Shown here piece after piece: positions 7,448 to 16,033 of a stretch of 32,000 bases of DNA; the first letter of the stretch is position 1; each line of letters starts with the position of its first letter. A program made the translations under genes and the position numbers. The notes below the pieces were generated by a model. The model was not told the origin of the DNA, made no database searches, and worked only from the letters and a program-made list of their open reading frames with translations. Source of the stretch: Pasteurella multocida (GTDB lineage Bacteria > Pseudomonadota > Gammaproteobacteria > Enterobacterales > Pasteurellaceae); the NCBI RefSeq assembly GCF_900187275.1, contig NZ_LT906458.1, forward strand, positions 630,001 through 662,000, read 5' to 3'.

Positions 7448-8449
7448 ATGAAATTAACCAAAATGGCGATTATGAAACTCGGCACACATAAAGCAATGGA
7501 TGGTCGAGAAATCTCATTTACGGCTGACATGCTCAATGATATTGCCGCAAGTTATGATCCTCAACTTTCAGAAGCCCCAATTGTCATCGGGCATCCGAAA
7601 TTAACAGCACCATCATACGGCTGGGTAAAACAAGCAAGTATTGAGGGCGATACCCTTTATGCACACGTCGGTCAAGTAGAAGCGGCTTTCGCTGATGCTG
7701 TTAATGAGGGGCGTTATAAAAAACGCAGTGCTTCAATCTTTTTGCCTGACTCACCTGGCAATCCTAAACCTGGTCATTATTACTTAAATCATATCGGTTT
7801 TTTAGGCGCCGCCCCACCTGCTGTAAAAGGATTGGGGGATGTGAATTTTGCCGCAAGTGATGCGGAAAATGCCTTTGCCGAATTTTCATTTGATATTGAA
7901 TCCATCAACCATCAACCACAGGAGAAACCCATGGATAAAACCCCAGAAGAAATTGCAGCAGAAAAAGCGGCTGCAGATAAACAGCGTGAAGATGAGCTTA
8001 AAGCGCGTGAAGCGGCACTTAAAGCGCGTGAGGATAAAGTCGAACAAGCTGAAAAAGAGCAAAAGCAAGCCGCAAAAGCCGCGCTTGAACAAGATGCCGC
8101 AAGCTTTGCTTCAGAAATGGTTAGTAAAGGCAAAGTGTTACCCGCGCAAAAGCAAGCGTTAATTGAAGTACTCGTGGCAAATGCTAATCAGCCTATTTCA
8201 TTCTCAGATGGCTCTCAAACTGTTTCTAAATCATCTGTTGATGTCATTAAAGAAATTATCTCGCAAAAGCCTATGGACTTCTCGGCTAAATCTGATCATG
8301 AAGGCGAAGAACAAGGTGCAGTTGATTTTGCGGATGGCGCGTCTATTGCAAATGCTGCCAGTGAATATGCGGCAGAGCAAGCACAAAAAGGTATCGTCAT
8401 TAGTATGACCGAGGCTGTTAATCACATTATGAAAGGGAAAAAATCATGA
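7448..8449 (+). CDS. Head protease/scaffold protein (Mu gpI-like)
   Basis: The N-terminal domain (..APIVIGHPKLTAPSYGWVKQASIEGDTLYAHV..GRYKKRSASIF..) resembles Mu-like prophage protein I. The C-terminal half is an A/E/K-rich coiled coil, as expected for a scaffold. Confidence 0.8.
   Translation: MKLTKMAIMKLGTHKAMDGREISFTADMLNDIAASYDPQLSEAPIVIGHPKLTAPSYGWVKQASIEGDTLYAHVGQVEAAFADAVNEGRYKKRSASIFLPDSPGNPKPGHYYLNHIGFLGAAPPAVKGLGDVNFAASDAENAFAEFSFDIESINHQPQEKPMDKTPEEIAAEKAAADKQREDELKAREAALKAREDKVEQAEKEQKQAAKAALEQDAASFASEMVSKGKVLPAQKQALIEVLVANANQPISFSDGSQTVSKSSVDVIKEIISQKPMDFSAKSDHEGEEQGAVDFADGASIANAASEYAAEQAQKGIVISMTEAVNHIMKGKKS
7931..8449 (+). CDS. Possible nested in-frame scaffold protein (Mu gpZ-like) translated from an internal start
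   Basis: An in-frame ATG at 7931 is preceded by GGAG (7921-7924) with 6-nt spacing. It lies exactly at the boundary between the protease-like domain and the coiled-coil half. Confidence 0.4.
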   Translation: MDKTPEEIAAEKAAADKQREDELKAREAALKAREDKVEQAEKEQKQAAKAALEQDAASFASEMVSKGKVLPAQKQALIEVLVANANQPISFSDGSQTVSKSSVDVIKEIISQKPMDFSAKSDHEGEEQGAVDFADGASIANAASEYAAEQAQKGIVISMTEAVNHIMKGKKS

Positions 8450-8811
8450 CACAAATTCAAGGTTTAATCGTGGCATATGTCACTGAAGGCAGTGTTAATC
8501 GCTTTACTATCGTTTGTCATGGTGAAGCGAAAGACAGTGCTAAACAAGCAACGGCACACACAGATAAGTTACTCGGGGTGTCCACACGACTACCAAAAGA
8601 ACCTGGTGAGCATATTGATGTTGTGCGTTCTGGTATCACCCCAGTTGTCTACGGCGATACTGTGAAACGTGGTGATTTTGTTACAGCAGATAGCCAAGGA
8701 CGCGCGGTTAAAGCTACCAGTGGTCAAGCTTATATCGGTATCGCGGAAGAAGATGGTGTAGAGGATGACTTAGGCAGTATTTTAGTCACAAACGGTGTAT
8801 TCACTGGCTAA
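8446..8811 (+). CDS. DUF2190-like small head protein (decoration or unknown function)
   Basis: An ATGA overlap with the gpI stop indicates translational coupling. The 121-aa beta-rich protein lies between the protease and the major capsid gene, as in B3/D3112-type phages. Confidence 0.55.
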   Translation: MTQIQGLIVAYVTEGSVNRFTIVCHGEAKDSAKQATAHTDKLLGVSTRLPKEPGEHIDVVRSGITPVVYGDTVKRGDFVTADSQGRAVKATSGQAYIGIAEEDGVEDDLGSILVTNGVFTG

Positions 8812-8871
8812 CTCGAAATGACTTAGTTTGAATGAAACAACATTTCACTCTTTGAAAAAAGGATAGAACAT

Positions 8872-9795
8872 ATGAAAGCAGATTTTCCAACAAATCCAGT
8901 ATTGACGGCAATTGCGATTGCATATCGCAACCGTCGCATGATTGCAGATCAAGTTTTACCGCGTGTTGCTGTCGGTAAACAGGAATTTAAATATAAAGAA
9001 CATAATCTTGGCGATCAGTTTACATTACCCAAAACACATGTTGGTCGCACATCACGTCCAAATCAAGTTGAATTTGGCTCAAAAGAGAAAGCCAGTGCGA
9101 CAGAGGATTATGCATTAGATGCCCCAATCCCAAATGTGGATGTTAAAAATGCACCTCAAGGCACTAATCCAAAAGGTAAAGCAACGGAATACACAACGAA
9201 TCTTATCGAGTTAGATCGTGAAGTACGCACGGCAGGTCTTGTGTTTAAAAAAGGGTCGTATGCCTCTGGCTTAAGTAAAACATTAAGCGGTGCAGAACAA
9301 TGGTCGCATGATGATTCCAAGCCAATTATTCAATTAACTGAAGCGCTCGACATTCCAGTGATGCGTCCAAACATCATGATTCTTGGGCAAAAAGCGGCAA
9401 CAGCATTGCGTATGAATAAAAGCATCGTGAAAGCTTATAACGGTACGCTCGGTGATGAAGGTTTGGTACCACTTGAGTTTATTCGTGAGCTATTAGAACT
9501 TGAACAAATTCTTGTTGGTCAAGCATTAGTTAATACCGTTAATGCGAACAAAAAACCTGTACTTGCACGTGCGTGGGGCAATCACTGCTCATTGATTTAC
9601 CGTGATTCGCTGGCTGATGCAACCAATGGCATTACTTTTGGTTTTACAGCGCAATTTGGTACGCGTGAAGTGCGAGAAATTGAAGATAAAGACATGGGGT
9701 ATCGTGGTGGTGTCCGTGTGCGTGTTGGTGAGTCTGTTAAAGAACTTATCACTGCACCAGATCTCGGATATTTCTTTGAAAACGTTATCGCATAA
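8872..9795 (+). CDS. Major capsid protein
   Basis: This 307-aa ORF has AAGGA upstream and lies after the protease/scaffold gene. The size matches Mu gpT and capsid-E type major head subunits. Confidence 0.75.
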   Translation: MKADFPTNPVLTAIAIAYRNRRMIADQVLPRVAVGKQEFKYKEHNLGDQFTLPKTHVGRTSRPNQVEFGSKEKASATEDYALDAPIPNVDVKNAPQGTNPKGKATEYTTNLIELDREVRTAGLVFKKGSYASGLSKTLSGAEQWSHDDSKPIIQLTEALDIPVMRPNIMILGQKAATALRMNKSIVKAYNGTLGDEGLVPLEFIRELLELEQILVGQALVNTVNANKKPVLARAWGNHCSLIYRDSLADATNGITFGFTAQFGTREVREIEDKDMGYRGGVRVRVGESVKELITAPDLGYFFENVIA

Positions 9796-9804
9796 GGTCG
9801 CCAC

Positions 9805-10311
9805 ATGTATATCACACTGCAACAATTAAGCGAAAAACCGGGTGTTGTTGAGTTAGCACAAGTCACTGCGCAGGTGGGGCAACCCCCTGCCGACTGGCGT
9901 ATTATCAGCAAAATCATTGATGGCGAAGATGTTGCGAGTGAACAACCTGCGGCAGTTGAAAAAGCGCAGCAGTCAATCGCCCGTATCGACGAAGTGATTG
10001 TAGACTCCAGCGCGTTAATTGACGGTTATTTGCGTCAACGTGGCTATAAGCTACCGTTTAAGCAAGTACCACGCATTTTAACCACGTGGGCGCGCGCCAT
10101 TGTTCGCTACTCTCTTCATCAGCATTTGCCCTCTGAAGAGAAAAATAGCCCGATTGTGCGTGACTATCGTGATGCCTTGAAATTGTTGCAGCTAGTTGCA
10201 GAAGGTAAGTTTTCGCTTGGGCTTGAAGATACGCTAGCGGAGTCTTCTGGTGAACCCAAATTTATCAAACGCGAACGTGTTTTCACGGCAGAAACACTGA
10301 GGGATTACTAA
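9805..10311 (+). CDS. Mu gp36-like (DUF1320) head-tail connector protein
   Basis: The N-terminus MYITLQQLSEKPGVVELAQVT matches the characteristic gp36/DUF1320 start (M-Y-x-T-x-x-x-L...EL-x-Q-x-T). The position directly follows the capsid gene. Confidence 0.7.
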   Translation: MYITLQQLSEKPGVVELAQVTAQVGQPPADWRIISKIIDGEDVASEQPAAVEKAQQSIARIDEVIVDSSALIDGYLRQRGYKLPFKQVPRILTTWARAIVRYSLHQHLPSEEKNSPIVRDYRDALKLLQLVAEGKFSLGLEDTLAESSGEPKFIKRERVFTAETLRDY

Positions 10312-10757
10312 TGCAATATGGACCGTTTGACTTAAAGCATGTGCTTGAGCAACTCAAGCCATTACAACCAGAACATATTCACACTTTAGGTTCTACCGCG
10401 GAATATCGTTCTCTTTCTGAGTTAAGTATGGCGGGGTTGGCAACCCCCGCTGTCTTTGTTGTACCAAATGGTGAGGTCGGTCATCAAAATGACATTGCGG
10501 TACGTCAAATGGTCACCGTGAGTTTTTCTGTCATTGTTATTGTGCAGTCGTATCAATACAGCAACGAAACGCCACATTTTAATGTTAGCAACCCTGTTAT
10601 TGGCAAAATCCGCGAGCGGCTGATGGGCTGGGTGCCACCGGTGAAAGGTGCAAAAGAAACTTTCTTTGTACGCGGTGACATTGTTGATTACACCAATTCT
10701 TATCTAGTCTGGATGGAAACATACCAAACTAAAATCATCATGGGGAGAAATAGATGA
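10311..10757 (+). CDS. Neck/head-tail joining protein (Mu gp37-like position)
   Basis: A TAATG overlap links it to the upstream gene. It is 148 aa, and the call rests on position and size only. Confidence 0.5.
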   Translation: MQYGPFDLKHVLEQLKPLQPEHIHTLGSTAEYRSLSELSMAGLATPAVFVVPNGEVGHQNDIAVRQMVTVSFSVIVIVQSYQYSNETPHFNVSNPVIGKIRERLMGWVPPVKGAKETFFVRGDIVDYTNSYLVWMETYQTKIIMGRNR

Positions 10758-11014
10758 AAAAAGTCAAGTTAATTAAATCGCATATTCATGCAGGTGTGAG
10801 CCACTCTGCGGGGGATGTGCTTTATGTCACTGATGCAGATGCACAATTTATCACATCTCGTGGTATTGGTGAGTTTGTCAAGAAGAAAAAAGATGACAGT
10901 AAAGAGAAGGATAAAAAATCCACATCTGAAAGTGATCAAAAACAAGCCGAGGGTGATAACAAATCACTTGATACAGATAACAACTTAAATGATGGAGAAA
11001 ATAACGATGAGTAG
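10754..11014 (+). CDS. Small protein with a highly acidic, low-complexity C-terminal tail, function unknown
   Basis: It starts with an ATGA overlap. The 86-aa product has a ~42-aa folded-looking N-terminus followed by a K/D/E/S/N-rich tail. Confidence 0.45.
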   Translation: MKKVKLIKSHIHAGVSHSAGDVLYVTDADAQFITSRGIGEFVKKKKDDSKEKDKKSTSESDQKQAEGDNKSLDTDNNLNDGENNDE

Positions 11015-11753
11015 AGCGGAAACATACAGCTATGGTCAGGGTAAAGTCTACCTTGCAGAGCGTTTGCCAAGCGGTGAAATTGGTGCGCAACGCTGGGTAG
11101 GTGATGTGTCTGAATTGAGCATCTCGTTAAACGTCGAAGATTTAACGCATAAAGAATCTTACAGTGGTAATCGTCAAGAAGTACGTAAAATCATCACGGC
11201 GAAAACGGGTGAAGTGTCAGCGAAGTTTCATGAGTTAAGTGCGGAAAATCTTTCATTAGCATTGCTTGGTCAGTCGACAAAAATTGAAGCGAGTTCAGTC
11301 TCTGGTGAAAAATTACCGGAAGAAATCAAAAAAGGTGATCGCATTGCACTCGCGCATCAAAACGTCAGCTCAGTGACAATTGGTAGTTTAGTTGAAAACA
11401 CCGATTTCATTGTTGATGCAACATTCGGCGCGGTCGAATTTTTAAAAGAAATTAGCAGCAACAGTGACACAGTATCGTACAGCTATGGTGAAGTGTTAAA
11501 TGTCGCGTTGCTCACTGAAAACCCGAAAGACTTGTTCTTGCGTTTCGAGGGTGTGAACTTAGCTGAAGATAACGAATGGACGCTAGTTGAGCTGTATAAA
11601 GTGAACTTTAATCCGACAGATGCGCTTTCGCTTATCAATAGCGGAAATGAACTTGATGCATTAAATGCTAAAGCGAAGATTTTAGCGGATACAACAAAAA
11701 CAGGCGATAAAACGCTCGGTCGCTTTGGTCGTGTCGTTAAAATCACCAAGTAA
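11007..11753 (+). CDS. Major tail tube protein (siphovirus type)
   Basis: The likely start is the ATG at 11007 (MSRAETY), with GGAGAA upstream. A strong hairpin terminator follows, and then the chaperone and tape-measure genes. There is no sheath gene anywhere in the window. Confidence 0.65.
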   Translation: MSRAETYSYGQGKVYLAERLPSGEIGAQRWVGDVSELSISLNVEDLTHKESYSGNRQEVRKIITAKTGEVSAKFHELSAENLSLALLGQSTKIEASSVSGEKLPEEIKKGDRIALAHQNVSSVTIGSLVENTDFIVDATFGAVEFLKEISSNSDTVSYSYGEVLNVALLTENPKDLFLRFEGVNLAEDNEWTLVELYKVNFNPTDALSLINSGNELDALNAKAKILADTTKTGDKTLGRFGRVVKITK

Positions 11754-11759
11754 TTAACA

Positions 11760-11787
11760 CTCTCGGCAACGTGCCGAGAGCTGTTTT
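11760..11787 (+). terminator. Rho-independent terminator or attenuator after the major tail gene
   Basis: The stem is CTCTCGGCA (11760-11768) paired with TGCCGAGAG (11772-11780), with a 3-nt loop, followed by CTGTTTT. Confidence 0.6.
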
Positions 11788-11813
11788 AAATCACATTTAA
11801 ATGAGTTTTAAAA

Positions 11814-12239
11814 ATGACAAAAACAGTAAAAGACGAGCTTAATATTTTGTTTCCAAACGCCAAAATTAATATTGCTGGCGTGGAAGTTGAAGTTAAAGAA
11901 TACACGCTACTGCAGCAGCTACAACATCATGAAAAATTAATGCCATTTATTCACGTATTACGCAATGCAATGGCAGACAAAAAGAGCTTTAATCTTGACA
12001 AGCTCATGGATTGTATCAGCGCGCATTATCAAGCTGTACTTGAGCTGGTCGCACTATCAACGGATCAGAGCGTTGAGTTTATTCAAAATTTAAAAGGCGA
12101 AGATGCAGAATCTTTATTAATGCTTTGGTGGACAGTAAACAGCGATTTTTTTACCCGCAAGGTGTTACAGCCGACACTAGAAAAAATGGCGATGAAGCAA
12201 GTCGAGACATTGACTTCGGCGAGCTCATCGAGCACTTAA
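11814..12239 (+). CDS. Tail assembly chaperone (lambda gpG analogue)
   Basis: This 141-aa ORF lies between the tube and tape-measure genes. A downstream ORF overlaps it in the -1 frame and a T7 slippery run is present. Confidence 0.65.
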   Translation: MTKTVKDELNILFPNAKINIAGVEVEVKEYTLLQQLQHHEKLMPFIHVLRNAMADKKSFNLDKLMDCISAHYQAVLELVALSTDQSVEFIQNLKGEDAESLLMLWWTVNSDFFTRKVLQPTLEKMAMKQVETLTSASSSST

Positions 12240-12418
12240 TCGCAAACGGTCATCGTTTTTCAGACGTTAAACACTATACCACACGTCAAATTGCCCTTTT
12301 CTATGAAAAGTCATTGCAACGTGAACGCAGAGCACGTGCGGGCAGAACAATGGATACCTGCTATGGCGTAAACGGTGGGAAAGAAATTCAGGACTATATA
12401 ACCCAATTGACCGCTTGA
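11814..12418 (+). CDS. Tail assembly chaperone frameshift product (gpGT analogue), made by a -1 slip at T7 (12146-12152)
   Basis: The zero frame reads GAT TTT TTT ACC. After a -1 slip the -1 frame reads TTT TTT TAC CCG..., which is the 12125..12418 ORF (..RFFYPQGVT..). The arrangement is canonical for long-tailed phages. Confidence 0.55.
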
Positions 12419-12433
12419 GAGCGGTCAATTTTT
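12406..12433. terminator. Strong hairpin with a T-run, shared 3' end of the chaperone gene (+) and the antisense small gene (-)
   Basis: The stem is ATTGACCGC (12406-12414) paired with GCGGTCAAT (12421-12429), with a 6-nt loop containing the GT stop codon, followed by TTTT. Confidence 0.55.
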
Positions 12434-12448
12434 AAAGTGGGCTATGGA

Positions 12449-12664
12449 CTATATTGCGGCAAATAAAATGGCGAGCAAGGCAACTAAAGGCTCTCTAATA
12501 ATAAACGCGATAATGCCCATCACGGCGATGAGAAACAAGCTTAAAAGAAGGGCTTGAAATGCAGTCAAGACACCGAATAGCGCAAGCAAAAAGCTGATAG
12601 ATAACGGCAGTGTCATAATAACAGTCACTATTAGCTCAATATAAGCATCATATTTTTTATTCAT
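12449..12664 (-). CDS. 71-aa hydrophobic membrane protein (2-3 TM helices) encoded antisense to the late operon; a moron
   Basis: A canonical AGGAG (complement of 12672-12676) lies 7 nt upstream of its ATG (complement of 12662-12664). The product is almost entirely hydrophobic (..IELIVTVIMTLPLSISFLLALFGVL..ALLLSLFLIAVMGIIAFII..). It fills a 258-bp gap between genes that are normally adjacent. Confidence 0.7.
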   Translation of the reverse strand: MNKKYDAYIELIVTVIMTLPLSISFLLALFGVLTAFQALLLSLFLIAVMGIIAFIIREPLVALLAILFAAI

Positions 12665-12676
12665 ATAAGAGCTCCT

Positions 12677-15600
12677 ATGTCAAATTTAACACTTGCATTA
12701 AAAATTAAAGCAGATTTAAACAATGCGTTGCACAATTTTAAAGCACTTGAAGCCGAATTACAACGCACGGGTAAATCAGCGGGCGCACTGGGTGCTAAAA
12801 GCGGAATTGGCGCAAAAGGGCTTGATGCGCTTGGTAAACAAGCCGATAACGTCACAAATAAACTGGGTAAAACCCGTGCAGGCATTGAGTCTATCAGTCG
12901 TCAATTATCCCGTTTGCAACAACTTTCCACTGCTTTTATCGGTATTAATCTCGGTACAAGTGGCATTCAGTCGCTTTTAAACACAGCAGATGCATACAAT
13001 AACTATGAAGCGCGTATTCGTCTGGTTTCGCGTTCAAATAAAGATGCACAGGGCACGTTTCGTGAACTCATGCAAGTAGCAAATGATACAGGTCAACTGT
13101 TTGAAGCAACCGCCGAGCTTTATACGCGCGTTTATCGAAGCATGGGCAGTAATGCCAATAGTGCGGAAATTCTTCAATTCACTAAAACTATTCAACAAGC
13201 ACTCGTCGTCTCGGGTGCGGGCGCACAAGAAGCCAAAGCGGCATTAATCCAGCTATCGCAAGGTTTAGCCTCAGGGACATTGCGCGGTGAAGAGTTTAAC
13301 TCGGTTGCCGAACAAGCCCCTGTCATTCTTGAAATCTTGCAGAAATCACTGGGTAAAACGCGCGGTGAACTTAGAAAAATGGCAGAAGACGGTGAGCTGA
13401 CTCCACAACTTATTTTAGCTGCGACAAAAGAAGCGCAAGAGCAAATTCAAGCGCAATACGATCAGATGCCCAAAACCATTAGCCGTGCGGTCAATGAGCT
13501 TTCTAACGCATGGCTACAATTTATCGGTCAGGCGGATAACGCAACATCTGCTTCATCACTGATTGCCTCGTCAATATCTGCACTAGCAGATAGCTTAGAT
13601 GAACTCGGTGCAATCGCTATTGTAGCGGGCGCAGTATTTGGTGTACGACTTCTTGCATCATTAAGAAAAGTGGCTATTGCGTATGTTCAAGAACAAGCTG
13701 CCGCAACAAAAAGCACGCTTGCAACAAGGGCGAAAGCACAAATTGATGTCATGGCAGCAAGATCTGCACATATTGCGGCAGTCAAAGAGCTTGAGCTGGC
13801 GCGAGCAAAAGACGCTGGTTACGCCTCATCAAAACGTTTAACACTGGCAATGCAAACAGAAGAAGCCGCAAGTAAACGGCTTGCACTGGCTAAAGGCATG
13901 CTCGCAAAAGCCGAAGCATCAGCAAAAGGCGTGGGATTGGCATCGCGTATCGGCTCAGGTGCGCTGGCATTTGTTGGCGGTGGTTTTGGTGCGGCTGTGT
14001 TAGCAACATTCGGCTTAATCGCGGCTTATCAATATCTCAAAGCAAAAGAAGAGGAATTAGAGGCGCAATACAATCAGACACTCTCGTCTATTCAATCACA
14101 CATTGACAAGACAGAAGAGCTCATTGAGTCACGTCAAAGACTCGGTGAAATCGGTGGTTTTTCAGACAGAATGGCACAACTAGAGAGCAATAAAAAAGCA
14201 CTGGATGATGCCAAAAAAGAGCTTGAGTTACTCAAAGCAAAACGTGCTGAAATACAAGAAATCAATCAAATCAGCGGGTTTGGATTTGCAGACACATCTA
14301 AGCTTGAAGAATACAACAAGAAAATTCAAGAGCTTGAGAATCAAGCTAACAAGCTCACAACTAACACAAAAAATCTCAGTGAAATCACTGAGTCACAGCT
14401 TAACGCTGCATTTGATGCAGCCATAGAGCACGGCGGTGCATTGGCTGAAAAGCTAAGAGAAATCGGTGACGCAAATGCAAAAGAAGCTATCGAATTATTA
14501 ACGCCCGTCATTAAAGATGCTGAAGAGCAAATGAAATCGGCAAGCTCAGAGCTTGACGAAATCAATGTCAAACTCGGTAAGGAGCTGGTGAATGTCACGC
14601 AAACGGCGAAAGAGCAATTGCTTTCACTCGGTGAAAAATTCATGGCAATGGCACGTGATGCGGGTTTAAGCGGACAGGTGCTTGATACATTCAATAAAAA
14701 ACTTGCGGAAAACTTAAAACTCATTGATGAGATTGATAATGCAAAAATCGCAAAAGATAACGAAAAGTTTTTTGGTGATCTAAGTAAACGTGCACGTCAA
14801 GCAAAAATGACAACAGAAGAGCGTTTAGTTGATGATATCAATCACAGAGAGGGAGCGACGCCAGAACAGATTGCACAAGCTCTTAAAGACGCAAAAGCGA
14901 TTGCAGAAGGTGAAAAATACCGTAAGTCAAAAAACAAAAAGACAAAGTATGACGCTGATGCCAAAAACCTTGAACTGAATATTCAATACTTGCGCTTAAC
15001 AGGGCAAGAAGTCAAAGCCAATTTAACTGACATCGAGGGACGTTATAACAAGTTGCTTGCCGAGTTTCAAAAGGCAGGGAACGTGGAAGGGATTAATTTA
15101 ATTAAAAAAGTGCTGCCGCTTGAGCAAGCAAAAGTGCAAATTGATGGTGTGCAGGCTGAAATCAATCGTCTGTTTCAAAATCAAAGCGCACAAGAACAGC
15201 GCATTCAATCCCAAGTAAACACAGGGCTTATCTCACATCTTGAGGGGCAACGACAGCTTAAAGAAGTCTATGCACAAACGGTGACCGAGATTGAAAAACA
15301 ATTGCCACTACTAGAGAAACTCTCAAAAATGCCCGGCGCGCAAGGTGAGCAAGCGCGCAATATGCTTGAGCAAATGAAGTTAAAAATTGTTGAGTTAAAA
15401 AGTGCGGGCAATGACTTGGAAAAAGCGTTCAAAGACGGGCTGACACAAGGCATTCAAAGTTCACTGATGGGGCTTGCACAGGGCACCATGACGTTACGTG
15501 ATGCCATTAAAAATCTCGCATTAACGATTGTGAATTCCATGGCGCAAATCGCCGCACAACAGCTTGCAATGCAGGCAACCAGTGCAATCGGTGGCTTATT

Positions 15601-16024
15601 TGGCGCGGTCGGGGGCGTGGTGACTGCGGCAACTGGGGGTTATATCACAGGACCAGGCACTGGCACGTCCGACTCTATCCCCGCACGACTGTCAAATGGT
15701 GAATACGTGATTCGTGCAGCTTCTGTATCACGCTACGGGGTGGATTTCTTGCATGCAATTAACCGCGGACAACTGCGTAAATACAGTACCGGCGGGCTTG
15801 TCTCTATGCCGAAAGTGTCCACAGGCAAAGAGCCGGGCTTGACGCAAGCGATGCAAAATAACACGGGTGTGCACGCGGTGGCGTCACCCGTGCATATTCA
15901 ACAAACCTTGGCAGTTGACAGTGCAGAGCTTTTTACTGCAGGTATTAATACGTATGACGGCGAACAAGCGGTATTGACGGTCATTCGCGCGAACAAACAA
16001 ACAATTAAAGAAGAATTGAAATAA
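12677..16024 (+). CDS. Tail tape measure protein
   Basis: The 1115-aa product is A/E/K/L/Q-rich and helical, with internal hydrophobic segments (..GALAFVGGGFGAAVLATFGLIAAY..). It has the C-terminal motif GGYITGPGTGTSDSIPARLSNGEYVIRA common in TMPs. At ~1.5 A per residue this implies a tail of roughly 165 nm. Confidence 0.9.
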   Translation: MSNLTLALKIKADLNNALHNFKALEAELQRTGKSAGALGAKSGIGAKGLDALGKQADNVTNKLGKTRAGIESISRQLSRLQQLSTAFIGINLGTSGIQSLLNTADAYNNYEARIRLVSRSNKDAQGTFRELMQVANDTGQLFEATAELYTRVYRSMGSNANSAEILQFTKTIQQALVVSGAGAQEAKAALIQLSQGLASGTLRGEEFNSVAEQAPVILEILQKSLGKTRGELRKMAEDGELTPQLILAATKEAQEQIQAQYDQMPKTISRAVNELSNAWLQFIGQADNATSASSLIASSISALADSLDELGAIAIVAGAVFGVRLLASLRKVAIAYVQEQAAATKSTLATRAKAQIDVMAARSAHIAAVKELELARAKDAGYASSKRLTLAMQTEEAASKRLALAKGMLAKAEASAKGVGLASRIGSGALAFVGGGFGAAVLATFGLIAAYQYLKAKEEELEAQYNQTLSSIQSHIDKTEELIESRQRLGEIGGFSDRMAQLESNKKALDDAKKELELLKAKRAEIQEINQISGFGFADTSKLEEYNKKIQELENQANKLTTNTKNLSEITESQLNAAFDAAIEHGGALAEKLREIGDANAKEAIELLTPVIKDAEEQMKSASSELDEINVKLGKELVNVTQTAKEQLLSLGEKFMAMARDAGLSGQVLDTFNKKLAENLKLIDEIDNAKIAKDNEKFFGDLSKRARQAKMTTEERLVDDINHREGATPEQIAQALKDAKAIAEGEKYRKSKNKKTKYDADAKNLELNIQYLRLTGQEVKANLTDIEGRYNKLLAEFQKAGNVEGINLIKKVLPLEQAKVQIDGVQAEINRLFQNQSAQEQRIQSQVNTGLISHLEGQRQLKEVYAQTVTEIEKQLPLLEKLSKMPGAQGEQARNMLEQMKLKIVELKSAGNDLEKAFKDGLTQGIQSSLMGLAQGTMTLRDAIKNLALTIVNSMAQIAAQQLAMQATSAIGGLFGAVGGVVTAATGGYITGPGTGTSDSIPARLSNGEYVIRAASVSRYGVDFLHAINRGQLRKYSTGGLVSMPKVSTGKEPGLTQAMQNNTGVHAVASPVHIQQTLAVDSAELFTAGINTYDGEQAVLTVIRANKQTIKEELK

Positions 16025-16033
16025 GAGGTAAAC

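Noticed and set aside
7848-8162. 104-aa K/R-rich alternate-frame ORF inside the scaffold coiled-coil region (and - strand ORFs at 7886-8133)
   Set aside because: This is a frame artefact of the GAA/AAA/GCN-rich coiled-coil coding sequence. The gpI frame has clear family similarity, whereas these ORFs are compositional shadows.
12661-12885. 74-aa - strand ORF overlapping the start of the tape-measure gene, as an alternative to the 71-aa antisense gene
   Set aside because: It is antisense to the TMP coding frame, has an A/S/P-rich composition and no SD. The adjacent 12449-12664 ORF is the one with the AGGAG-N7-ATG signal and a coherent membrane-protein sequence.
15964-15972. Single Apl-type USS core (ACAAGCGGT) inside the tape-measure gene, which might hint at an Actinobacillus/Mannheimia-clade origin for the phage
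   Set aside because: This is one isolated 9-mer in 25 kb with no flanking AT-rich USS extension. It is compatible with chance and is not evidence of origin.
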